DNA from: Bispira polyomma
Lineage: Eukaryota
Length of the DNA stretch: 64,000 nt
Assembly: GCA_965649765.1 (NCBI GenBank)
Contig: OZ287750.1
Location: 68,014,001-68,078,000 of the forward strand
Direction of reading: 5' to 3'
How positions within the stretch are numbered: position 1 is the stretch's first letter; the number at the start of each line of letters is the position of its first letter. The notes below the pieces were generated by a model. That model saw only the letters and a list, made by a program, of their open reading frames with translations. It was not told where the DNA came from and searched no databases. A program made the position numbers and the translations under genes. Shown piece by piece: positions 25,681 through 36,762 of this stretch.

Positions 25681-26689
25681 CATGAAAGAAGAGGCACACT
25701 AGAAGTTAACAAAAAACATGATTGTTACTTATTAACTTTTCAACAAAGTTTGAGATAGAAAAAAATAGTTTCCAGTCTCTATGTCAATAACTGATGGGAA
25801 CTTCAAATTTTGTACAGATATAGATAGACTAGGGGATTTAGATACTTCCCCTTCACTTAATTATTGTTTAACTGTTTCACCCCAAGCCTGTGGGGTTGTA
25901 TTATTCTGTGACAGCTATTGGTTTGTACTTTTTTGGTAAATAGATTTTAGATATTGATTGTGACTCAGGATCTATCTTATCATTGGCAGCTTTATATCTT
26001 CAGAAAATAAATGTTCTGTTTGACTATAAAAGAACTATGTTATTAAAAATAATTAAGATGAATTATTTAAGACAGCAAGCCACTGATTTTTAACTATTCG
26101 GAAAACAGTTACAAGTTCTTTCCATCAAACCTTAGAACTAAATGGTCTTGTCAGGTTAATTAGTAACAACCATACTATGTGTCTGTTAAGTCTAAGTACA
26201 CTTTGTCTTTGAAGTACTCCTTAATCTGTGACTGCAGATTGTGTAATGGATGCTGACATACAGTCTTAACAGGGCACGAAGTTCATGTGACAGAAAAATC
26301 CCTTAGAACTGTAACTCCTAACTGCTGTAAAACTAGTTTATCCCACCAAACTAGCTATTGATTATTCTCTGCAACTTGGTCTGCTGATCAATACTTTACT
26401 GTCTAGAAGTGCTACTTTTACGGGAAGTCATTTTCCATTACTGTTTACTCAGAGGAGCTTCACAGTTACAACTTTGTGTTTGTCTTTCTTTGAACTTCAA
26501 TAATTTACTGCAGGAGTTTAAAAACAGAAATCTGGTACCTCTATATGTTCTTACACATATTGATCATTGGAGCTGGAAATCAAGTGTTCTTAAATGAGTG
26601 TCTTCTGAAACAGTCTACCGGAGAAGCTTGAAATTTATTATGCTAACGCTCTTGTGACTGTAGTATTGCGCACTGTAATTACATGTTGA

Positions 26690-26848
26690 CACAGACATTG
26701 CGGCAAGAAAAGTTGTGTGAGAGCCAATCAGGAGATCCATCTGCCTGGAAGTGTATTTGTCAAACTTCTGGGCATGCTCACTTCACTTTAACTGTGGCTA
26801 AACTCAATATATGAGGGAAGGAAGAGGGATTTAGTTCACTGTAAACAG
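26690..26848 (+). promoter_or_regulatory. Possible promoter and first non-coding exon of the MYT1-family gene
   Basis: AGCCAATCAG CCAAT box at ~26722-26731, strong CAG|gtatgt donor at 26848/26849, no obvious upstream acceptor or open ATG frame. Confidence 0.3.
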
Positions 26849-27229
26849 GTATGTTTGATCATCATTCAATGGTTTTAAAGGAAGTTCAAAAGTTAGGAGA
26901 AATACTATATACATAGTATAAGACAAGGCAAGTATATTTGGGTGAACTTCAGCCATCTAGCCTAGAAGTAATATCAAGTAAAATGACTTTTTAGTGCAGC
27001 ATCCGTAACTGGGAGAAATAGTTCCATCATTCTGTTTTATAAAACCATAACACAGCAATACTGGGGAAATAAATGCACAGAAATTAAAGGCCTGATTGGA
27101 GTTGTTTCTTGGGTGAGCAATATTGTATTGGTGATTAGTGGTGGTTTAGAAGTGACACAAGGCCTGGGGAGGGAGGGAGTGCATGCCACATAATTGGGCT
27201 GGAGTGTGGTAAAGAAATAATTAGTGGCT

Positions 27230-27256
27230 CACACACACACACACACACACACACAC
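27230..27256. repeat. (CA)n microsatellite
   Basis: Directly visible. Confidence 0.95.
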
Positions 27257-28224
27257 GCGCCCTATAAGGCTTGGGGAAGACAGCTGTGTTGACATGTCCC
27301 TTGAGCTATCTCTCTCCTCTAACAACCCACAATAATCAATACTTTATGATAATGAGCTAGTGTAACTCAACTTTCAATACAGCCCATCAATAATGGCTGT
27401 GGTGGGTTTAATCTCTGCCACAGCTGTATTAAACTGGGTTACAGTAGAATTTCTACGTTGAAACTAGTGGGAAAAAAACACACTAAAGTTGCTAAAAGTT
27501 ATCTTGATCAACAAATATTTTATGGCTTATGGTATTTTATTATCAATTGATTTTATCTTACAGTTAATTTTTAAAACCCTATGAAGTTAATTGAAACATT
27601 AACACTGGAGAATAATGTGTCTGTCTATTATTTGTCAAATATTACACTTTGTTCTAGGATTGCTGTGTATTTCCGGAATATTCTGAGTTTGTTTGCATAC
27701 CTATTTTATAACTACTGTAGCGTTTGAAAAGCTGTACACCTCAGTTCTAAGTATAAAGTGTTTTTGCGTATGAGTATTTGTGACAACAGTTCATTACAGG
27801 GATATATTTTATCATAAGTGTGTGATTTCACTAGGTGACAACTAATCAGTGAGTAGTGTACTTCTAAGATCAAATGTCTTTGAAAAATCTTTTCAGGTAG
27901 CTTGATCTTTAATACGATGGAAAAGCCACAGGTTCACCTCTAAAAGACAAGGTTTGCAAGGCCATCTAATTGTTGGTTGTCAGGTAAAGTTTGCTACATT
28001 TTACTACCAAATTTAAAGTATAGTTACTTTGTGTTTTAACATGTTATTTTAGAGTTACCTAAATGAAGTAATTGTACCTAAATGTCCTAGTTGTTTGATT
28101 CATTTGTAAACTCCACTTTCTACATACACATGTGTCCAGATCAATTTACCGACAGATCTTTTTACACTATAATGTGTTTCTGTTTTGTAATTAGTTATTT
28201 CAAAGTTTTCAGTAGCAGAGTTAG

Positions 28225-28473
28225 TTTTGTATCAGTAGCCTGACATGGATCTGATGTCTATGTACATGTAGTTCACTTTGTATCAGTAGCCTGACATGGA
28301 TCTGATGTCTGTGTACATGTGGTTCACTTTGTATCTGTAGCCTGACCTGGATCTGATGTCTGTGTACATATAGTTCGCTTTGTATCAGTAGCCTGACCTG
28401 GATCTGATGTTTTTGTACATGTGAGGATGTTCTGTGTACATCTAGTTCTCTTTGTATCGGCAGGTTGAGATGG
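28225..28473 (+). repeat. 51-bp minisatellite (4 copies plus diverged terminal copy containing acceptor 28463)
   Basis: tttgtatcagtagcctgacatgg units align to the terminal tttgtatcggcag|gttgagatgg. Confidence 0.9.
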
Positions 28474-28544
28474 GAGTGGCAGGAGGAAGAAGACTCAAAG
28501 CCAGGGCTGCGTCCCTGCAGTACTTGTCTACTATGCTACGTTCT
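28464..28544 (+). other. Candidate upstream exon of the MYT1-family transcript with ATG at 28470 (MGVAGGRRLKARAASLQYLSTMLRS)
   Basis: ctctttgtatcggcag acceptor, T|gtaagt donor, GC-rich, GAG ATG G context. Preceded by a junction-derived array. Confidence 0.55.
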
Positions 28545-31049
28545 GTAAGTCCACAGATATCTGTGCTCTGAGTATTTTAACCCTTATTGTAACCTCAGTG
28601 AGTTATCTCTGGCTTGCGGGGGATAGTTATTCCCCAAATCAGGTGGCCGGGCACTGATGCAAGATTTTGTATCCCTCAATATGTGTGTGGGAAGATACAA
28701 AATATCCTAAAGAGGGTTGTGCCATTCTATATTACTTTTCCATATGTAGTACACCCTGTGTATCCTTAGTGTAACTATGTTATGTGGGATTCACACTAGG
28801 ACGGTATGAGACATTATGAAAATGGCCTTGTGGCAAGGGGAACTTTAAATAAACTTCCCTTAACTTCAGCTTCCTTCACGAACCTTCTAGTGTTGGCCAT
28901 GCTCACCAAGGTGGAAAAGTCTTTTCGAGTATTTCCATGTCCCTACTGTAAGTCCTCCATGCCAGTAATCCTCTGTTTCCACCAAGGTTTGATTTAACAG
29001 GGTGGGCTTTATGTTAACTGTAAACTGCAGGGCCCGTATTCAATGAAAGGTCTTGAGCCCAAACGTAGGCTAAGTCCAGGCTTAAATCTAAGACTTTTGT
29101 CTCAGCTACGTTTCAGGCCTAAATGGTATTTACAAAAGGAAGCTTAGCTCAGTATGTGTTAAGACAAAAGTCTTAACTTTATATTGTTTTATTTACAATA
29201 TTACACAATATTATTTACATTTTTACATACACTAATATACTGTATAATTATTCAGGCCTATATGAACATCCCAAAGTTTAAAAAAAAGAATATCAATTCA
29301 CAAATTTTTAATTCGTTAGACTTTGACTTAAGACTGACTAAGCCCCTTCAGATAATATATGATTCAATATGCCAGAAATTATACGACATTTTGTTTGATT
29401 AATGACAGGTTGTTTAATATTTAATATCATACTAGGTTAAATGTTTATAATTTATTATACATTGCAAAGGTACAATGCTTTATTTGTAGAAGTTAAGTAG
29501 AAAAGCTGGAGATTTTTTACTGTAAAGTTAAGCCCAGCAACTTCTTGTATTAAAGTTAAGCCCTTGGCTAAGCCAAAACTTATGCTTAGCAACTTTGTGA
29601 ATATTGCCATTTCTAAGTCTTAGCCATTTTTTCCCAAAAGTTAAGACAAAAGTCTTAACTTTAAGCCTAAGTCCCAGAATGAAGGCCGCCCAGAAGTCCT
29701 GCTCCTGCTTGATGCTATTTTGTAAGTTGTTGTTATATGGCTAGGTTTTTGAGCTTTAGGTTTGTAGCTAAATCAGTAATGAGTATGCATACATTTTGTA
29801 AATTTCACTTCTAACTCAAATCAAAGGTTGAAAAACTAGTATTTTGTCGGCTCCTTTCCCTGTTACTTTAGGACTACAAACAACACTTAAGAACTTGTGA
29901 AATTAGTCAAAGTTAGATTGCCATATTCCACTTACCTATCTTACTGGTATGTTGGTAAAATGCTGTTGTTAACTATTTACTGTATTGTACCATGTACAAT
30001 ACACCATTTCTTCAGAACTCTTGTTTTTGTGGTATTTTTTGGCCAACAAAGGACCCACATGACTTCATTTAAAACCATTTTATGTTTGCCTGTCAACTTA
30101 TCTCTTATTTCCAAAAGGTAATACATTACAATTTTATAGTGTAAAGTTAACATTAGCTTCAGAAATGTATGGAACAAATAATAAAGATGTTGTAATTATT
30201 CTTGTAGGGAAAAATCCGCAAAAAGCCAGTGGTAGTAAAACGTAAACTGACACACACTCAAGTTACCAGTGGTAAAAGTTCCAGAAAAAGAAACAACACA
30301 AAGGACAAACATGTGACAGGTAAGAAATTACTTAGGGAATAATTAGTTACATTTATGTGAACTAGGCTGATGCTCACTGAGAGTGATTGTGTGATGATGC
30401 AATACAGATTTAGATGGAGACTCACTAAGGTCTTATGAGATGCCATGAAGAAATAATAAGATTAATTGGATGCATTAGCGTGAAATTAGTTTTTGTGTCC
30501 CCTACACTGTAATAGAAATGACTGTGTTTGTTTGATATTAGTTTTGTTAAACTTGTTGTATCTTAATAATTGTAAGTCAGTAGACTACAGCAGTTGGTCC
30601 AAGGTATCATGAGGCCTAAGGAGTAAGGAGCATACAGTTCTGGTTTAAGCCCAAATTTACCTTTGAGCTTATGCAGTGACCATTGTATTAAACGTTTTGT
30701 CAGGCTTATTAGTGTTATTGAATGTCTTAGAAGTCCTAGAAGTCCATGAAAAGATGTCATTCTCACTTTGGTATCTTTGAGGTGTAAAGAATCTTTAGAT
30801 AGGCTTTGTAGAAATATGCCAACATTGAAATTTTGGAGGTCATCTTAAATTTTTCCAATGGTAAAAGTTTAAACGTCAAATATCAAAATTTTACTGAAAA
30901 TACAAAATAAAGAAAACCACATACAATAATAAACACCTAATAAAACAATGATATATTTAATATCATTATTTCCCATTACACTGCGTGGAATATAAATATA
31001 TATATATATCACATTCTAAAAATGTCAAGGACTAAGGTGTTAACATTTG

Positions 31050-31290
31050 ACATTATGAAGTATGCCACTCTTGTTACTTCTTACATTAAAACAATTATAC
31101 TGGCTCCATATTCACTCTTCAATTATCTTTAAAATCCATGTCACTGTCTTCAAGGCTTTGGTTCTTTACCAGCCTTCTTACATAGCTGCTCTTTTGTCTT
31201 TCAACAAACTCGAAACAGGTAATAGACTCATTAGAGTCTGTTTGCTCTGCCAGACCTACCAGAAGGGTCAGATCTAGGGCTTTCCTATTT
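31050..31290 (+). mobile_element. Degraded L2-clade LINE ORF2 fragment
   Basis: LKQLYWL..IIFKI..VFKAL...PSYI..LL resembles the L2 LHWLP..RI.FK motif. Confidence 0.6.
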
Positions 31291-32113
31291 TATAGAATAA
31301 GTTGTTGAGCTAAGATCACTTTTTGGCTTCAGGAGAAAATTATAGTTCCAACTTTTTAAATTTTGTGATGTCTGTGGATCAAATAAGCTTATTTTAGTAG
31401 CTAAAAGTTCCATACTGATAAAAGCTTTAAAACAAATTGTTTTAGTTTCTGATGTTTTTACTAAAATAAAATGCAATCAAAATTAGTATATCTCCTTTAC
31501 TGTAAATGCAACAATGTCCAAAATGTCCACAGGTCATTGTAATTTATCCCAGTAGCTAAAAGTTTAAAACTTATATATTCCCAAACACAAATTATTATAG
31601 TTTCTGCCAGTCTTTATATGTAAAAATATTTAATCCAGGTGTTTTTTTTTTTTGTAAAATTAAACTGTATGTCTCCATCAATATTTAAAAATTCACACAT
31701 CACATTTTTGTTTTTGACAAATCAAACATTTTCAAGGACTTTCAATTCAGTACCACAATTATATATCAGCTGTCATAAATGCTGTCTAATGATTACCCAA
31801 TGACCTTTAGGGTGTTGTTACCAGAAATCGAACCAGAGACTTTTTGATCAACCCCCTAACCATTAGACCATGGGAGACCACTTATGGTCTCTATATATGT
31901 TATATGACCTTTTGGAAGTCAAGGTTATGGTCAATACTCTTAGATCTATGGACCCAATATAATGGCACACAAGTTTGTTTGTGGCAAGATATGAATTTTC
32001 TGAGCCACAATGACTGTGTACATTATATAAAACATTTTATCTGTCAGTGCTAACAGGTTTTATCTGAACAAAACAGTAGTATTGTATAAAAAAAGGTTAT
32101 TCCCAGCCCAGCC

Positions 32114-33364
32114 TAGATGCTCCCTACTGCATAGGAGTAAGGGTTATAGATGCTCTCTACTGCACAGGAGTAAGATTCATAGATGCTTCCTACTACACAG
32201 GAGTAAGAGTTATAGATGCTCCCTACCACACTGGAGTAAGGGTTACAGATGCTCCCTACTGCAGGAGTAAGAGTTATAGATGCTCCCTACTACAGGAGTA
32301 AGGATTATAGATGCTCCTTACTACACAGGAGTAAGGGTTATAGATGCTCTCTACTGCACAGGAGTAAGATTCATAGATGCTTCCTACTACACAGGAGTAA
32401 GAGTTATAGATGCTCCCTACTACAGGAGTAAGGGTTATAGATGCTCGTTACTACACAGGAGTAAGGGTTATAGATGCTCCTTACTACACAGGAGTAAGAT
32501 TCATAGATGCTCCCTACTACACAGGAGTAAGAGTTATAGATGCTCCCTACTGCACAGGAGTATGAGTTATAAATGCTCCCTACTGCACAGGAGTAAGAGT
32601 TATAAATGCTCCCTACTACACAGAAGTAAGGGTTATAGATGCTCCCTACTACACAGGAGTAAGGGTTATAGATGCTCCCTACTACAGGAGTAAGGATTAT
32701 AGATGCTCCCTACTACAGGAGTAAGAGTTATAGATCCTCCCTACTACAGGAGTAAGAGTTATCGATGTTCCCTACCACACAGGAGTAAGAGTTATAGATG
32801 TTCCCTACTACATAGAAGTAAGGGTTATAGATGCTCCTTACTACACAGAAGTAAGGGTTATAGATGCTCCCTACTACAGGACTAAGAGTTATAGATGCTC
32901 CCTACTGCACAGGAGTAAGGGCTATAGATGCTCCCTACTACACAGGAGTAGGAGTTATAGATGCTCCCTACTACAGGAGTAAGGGTTATAGATGCTCCCT
33001 ACTACACAGTAGTAAGGCTTATAGATGCTCCCTACTACACAGGAGTAAGAGTTATAAATGCTCACTACTACACAGAAGTAAGGGTTATAATTGCTCCCTA
33101 CGACAGGAGTAAGGGTTATAGATGCTCCTTACTACACAGGAGTAAGAGTTATAGATGCTCCTTACTACACAGAAGTAAGGGTTATAGATGCTCCTTACTA
33201 CACAGAAGTAAGGGTTATAAATCCTCCCTACTGCACAGAAGTAACGGTTATAGATGCTCCCTACTACAGGAGTAAGAGTTATAAATGCTCTCTACTACAC
33301 AGAAGTAAGGGTTATAAATGCTCCCTACTGCACAGGAGTAAGGGTTATAGCTGCTCCCTACTGC
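32114..33364 (+). repeat. 33/31-bp minisatellite (~38 copies, TAGATGCTCCCTACTACACAGGAGTAAGGGTTA)
   Basis: Directly visible; source of many spurious ORFs. Confidence 0.97.
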
Positions 33365-33380
33365 CTTTGTGGTCCTACAG

Positions 33381-33446
33381 TCCAAATCTCTTGATAAAGA
33401 ACTAATTCGGTTTGAGTTTGATTCCTTCAAGAACGATTGTTTAGAG
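33381..33446 (+). other. Candidate 66-nt exon (SKSLDKELIRFEFDSFKNDCLE, phase 0-0)
   Basis: cctttgtggtcctacag acceptor right after the 33-bp array, GAG|gttagg donor, open frame. Confidence 0.45.
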
Positions 33447-36076
33447 GTTAGGTTTTTTTAACATGTGGGTACTTTAAAAAAGTACTCTTTTTATCTTAGT
33501 TCTACAGACTAAATATTTATTAAACATGCATACAGCAATGCTGAGCAGGTCAGAAAGATGTTGGTGTACTCCTCAGGCCTCAGATCTGGATTTAATCTTG
33601 CTCATACAGGAATGTGCAAACTAAATTTAAATAATTGCCTGTGATTCATTTGTTGTATTTGACCTTTGACACCTGATTCAAAATCACATATGAATACTGA
33701 TACTTAATCTCTTAAAAGTTTAGCTATATTTGATTGTGGAGGTTACACATTTTATAAGTATTTGTACATCTTTATGGCCTGAAATTCTATAACCTTATCA
33801 CATTTGAGGGTAATATTTTAAAATGTGGCAAATTTTCTTACCACTTCTGTCCTTATTTGTGTGACCTTGCTATAAAAACAATTCAACAGTTAACCTATTT
33901 TTTGTGAAAATTAAAAGTTTTTATAGTTTCTAGGCCATGTATAGAATCTATACAATGTGCTATTGTAGGAGTACATTAGACAGTTTTTTGAAACACTTTT
34001 ATGCCTACCTGACACTAATGGTGCTGCATACTTATAACATTTAGGAGGGGCTGCAGTAGCCTGGTTGTCGGATGGACTTGCATCACAATTCCTTTCCTAT
34101 CTCCTCTCCGGACCGTGGTTCCATTCCCACAGCTTCCCTCATATGGGAAAATATGTTAGGAAGTATCCTTGGGGTTAGTGGTTCACAGGACAAATATGGA
34201 TCTCTGTATGATAATAATTACCTCCCCCATAAATTTGGCAATTGCGATATTATCTAAGCTGTTTAAAATTACATAAAATCCAAGTAAAATTTGAGAGGTT
34301 CCTTTCTAAGGTACAACAATCATAGGGAACAAGCAAGAGTCAGAAAGCCAAAGATCATCAAAAGAACAACTGCTTGGTTTATGTTATGTAATGAGGAAAA
34401 GACTTATTGTGCTTTGTTAAGTTTTAACCAAGGTGAACTTCTGTAACTCTTTCTTGTAGAAGTTCATGCTTGCATTTGTATTCTTGTGAGCCAAGCAAAA
34501 AAAAAAAAAACTTTTGGAACTCATTGTACATTTGCATTAATGATTGACAAGTTACAAAACTTTCTGGGGTTGGTTTTTTTAGCAAGAATCTAATTCAGTG
34601 TTTTAGTTAATCTTTTTCCTTGGCAAATAAGTTACATCTAAACAGAAAATCATACTAAATTCAAAATTGTATTTGACTAACAAAACGATGAACCTTGTAT
34701 TTTCTTGTTCAATAATTAAGCTATATTAGAGCCACAGCACAGAAAGAACATTTTTATTTGCAATATGGGTGTGAGTTTGTTGTGTTAAATAATTCAGGAA
34801 CATGTCAGCATTATTCAGTTCAAAATGCCAGTGGCGGATAAAAGGACTAAAAACTCTGGTATACATCTGTATGTACATTAGGATTAGTCATGAACAATAT
34901 CAGGCCATCATAGGGCAACCGCGTTCGTGCCCTTGTCTAGAAAATTAAACGGCAATACGGAGGGTAGACTGCTATAAATCCCGAGCATCACTGCATACCA
35001 TTGTACAGAGCTTGTGTCTTGGTAAAAAAAATGGAACTTTGTTTGGCAGTGAGTAATCCATAAACTTGCAGAAGTTGGTGTGTGTATTGATTGGTGGGGT
35101 TAGCAGTGGCTGGTATGTGTGGGGCAGATTGCAGCCATTGCCTGGAGTGAGGGTAAAACTCTCCACCACACACACACATACCTTACAAGGGGAGGCCACA
35201 AACTTCACAGCAACTCCTTAGCTGCAAATCTGCAGCTGGGTCTCTTAGCAGTGTGTGCTGTATATATGTAGTAAACTGGATATATGTATGTATATTGTTC
35301 TGTATAACAGCAGATTGGAGCCGTCACTGCAAACCTCTCAACACATCTTTGATTAAAATAGTCGTTTTTTGAAAAAAGAGAAACATGCAATTTTGTTGTT
35401 AAATGGATCAGTTGACTAATTGCACAGAGTGTTTACTTGCTTTTCTGGTGATAACAAATGTAAAATTTTATCAAAATTGAGCCTTGATGAATGAATGTTA
35501 TAAAGTCACTACAGAATTATATTTCTTCCATATATAGCAGAAAATCAATATATTTCAAGTAATTTCTAGTTTAAAAATAAGTTTTGATGCTAAGGGATTT
35601 CATTACCATCAGTGAAGACTGGCAAAGTCAAATTGATCTTACAATATCGAGTGGAGTTTAAGGTACAACCTTTATGAATTCAGATATACTGATAACAGGC
35701 AAACAGAATATCAAGGTATGGAATTCTCATTTGCTTGTATTTTTTTTAGTAAGTTTTGACAACTTGTACTTTGTATTAATTATATTTTTAAATAAATACA
35801 AAGTAGGGTAGAACTTCTATTATCTGAATATGTTGGGAGAGCCAGATTTTGTTGGTATAATAGTAGTATTCAGATAATAGTAGTTTGGTAGTAGAGGTGA
35901 TATTGTATATTTATATAATCGAAAATATAACAAATTCAACAGGTACTACATGCACATTTATTTTAACTTTTTTGTCAAGTGTAAAGTAATGTATGCTTTT
36001 TCTTTATTCTTGTGGTGTAAGGTCTGACAATTAATTTTAAAAGTCATATACTTCTTGTGTAAATTTTACTTTGTAG

Positions 36077-36146
36077 GGAACTGAAACTGCTTCAGCATTA
36101 TTATCACTATTTCATAAGTAGAAACTTAAAGTAAAACATTGAACCT
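36077..36146 (+). other. Candidate 70-nt exon (GTETASALLSLFHK* then untranslated)
   Basis: ttttactttgtag acceptor; CCT|gtgagt donor is the first unit of the 41-bp array. Stops occur in all three frames. Confidence 0.45.
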
Positions 36147-36762
36147 GTGAGTGGCTTCTGTGGTGTAGTGCTAACTTGTTTGAACCTGTGAGTGGCCTCT
36201 GTGGTGTAGTGCTAACTTGCTTGAACCTGTGAGTGGCCTCTGTGGTGTAGTGCTAACTTGCTTGAACCTGTGAGTGGGCTCTGTGGTGTAGTGCTAACTT
36301 GCTTGAACCTGTGAGTGGCTTCTGTGGTGTAGTGGTAACTTGCTTGAACCTGTGAGTGGCCTCTGTGGTGTAGTGCTAACTTGCTTGAACCTGTGAGTGG
36401 CCTCTGTAGTGTAGTGGTAACTTGCTTGAACCTGTGAGTGGCATCTGTGGTGTAGTGGTAACTTGCTTGAATCTGTGTGGGGCCTCTGTGGTGTAGTGGT
36501 AACTTGCTTGAACCTGTGAGTGGCCTCTGTGGTGTAGTGGTAACTTGCTTGAATCTGTGTAGGGCCTCTGTGGTGTAGTGGTAACCTGCTTGAACCTGTG
36601 AGTGGCCTCTGTGGTGTAGTGGTAACTTGCTTTAATCTGTGTGGGGCCTCTGTGGTGTAGTGGTAACTTGCTCTAACCTGTGAGTGGCATCTGTGGTGTA
36701 GTGGTAACTTGCTTTAACCTGTGAGGGGCCTCTGTGGTGTAGTGAGCCTCTGTGGTGTAGTG
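36139..36762 (+). repeat. 41-bp minisatellite (~15 copies, GAACCTGTGAGTGGCCTCTGTGGTGTAGTGCTAACTTGCTT)
   Basis: Directly visible; each unit carries GTGAGT or a decayed variant. Confidence 0.96.

Noticed and set aside
29030-29675. Possible PIF/Harbinger-like MITE starting GGGCCCGTATTCA
   Set aside because: Internal inverted motifs are visible, but no matching right terminus or target-site duplication could be established.
32057-32136. Possible exon ending at the first GA|GTAAGG of the 33-bp array
   Set aside because: Weak acceptor, A/T-rich composition, and no upstream ATG in the required frame.
32082-33430. Cluster of repetitive ORFs (RCSLLHRSKGY / DAPYYTGVRVI)
   Set aside because: Frames of a 33/31-bp minisatellite with frequent frameshifts.
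34860-35340. GC-richer block with E-box, CCAAT-like and TATA-like motifs
   Set aside because: May be an enhancer or promoter, but short motifs alone are insufficient evidence.
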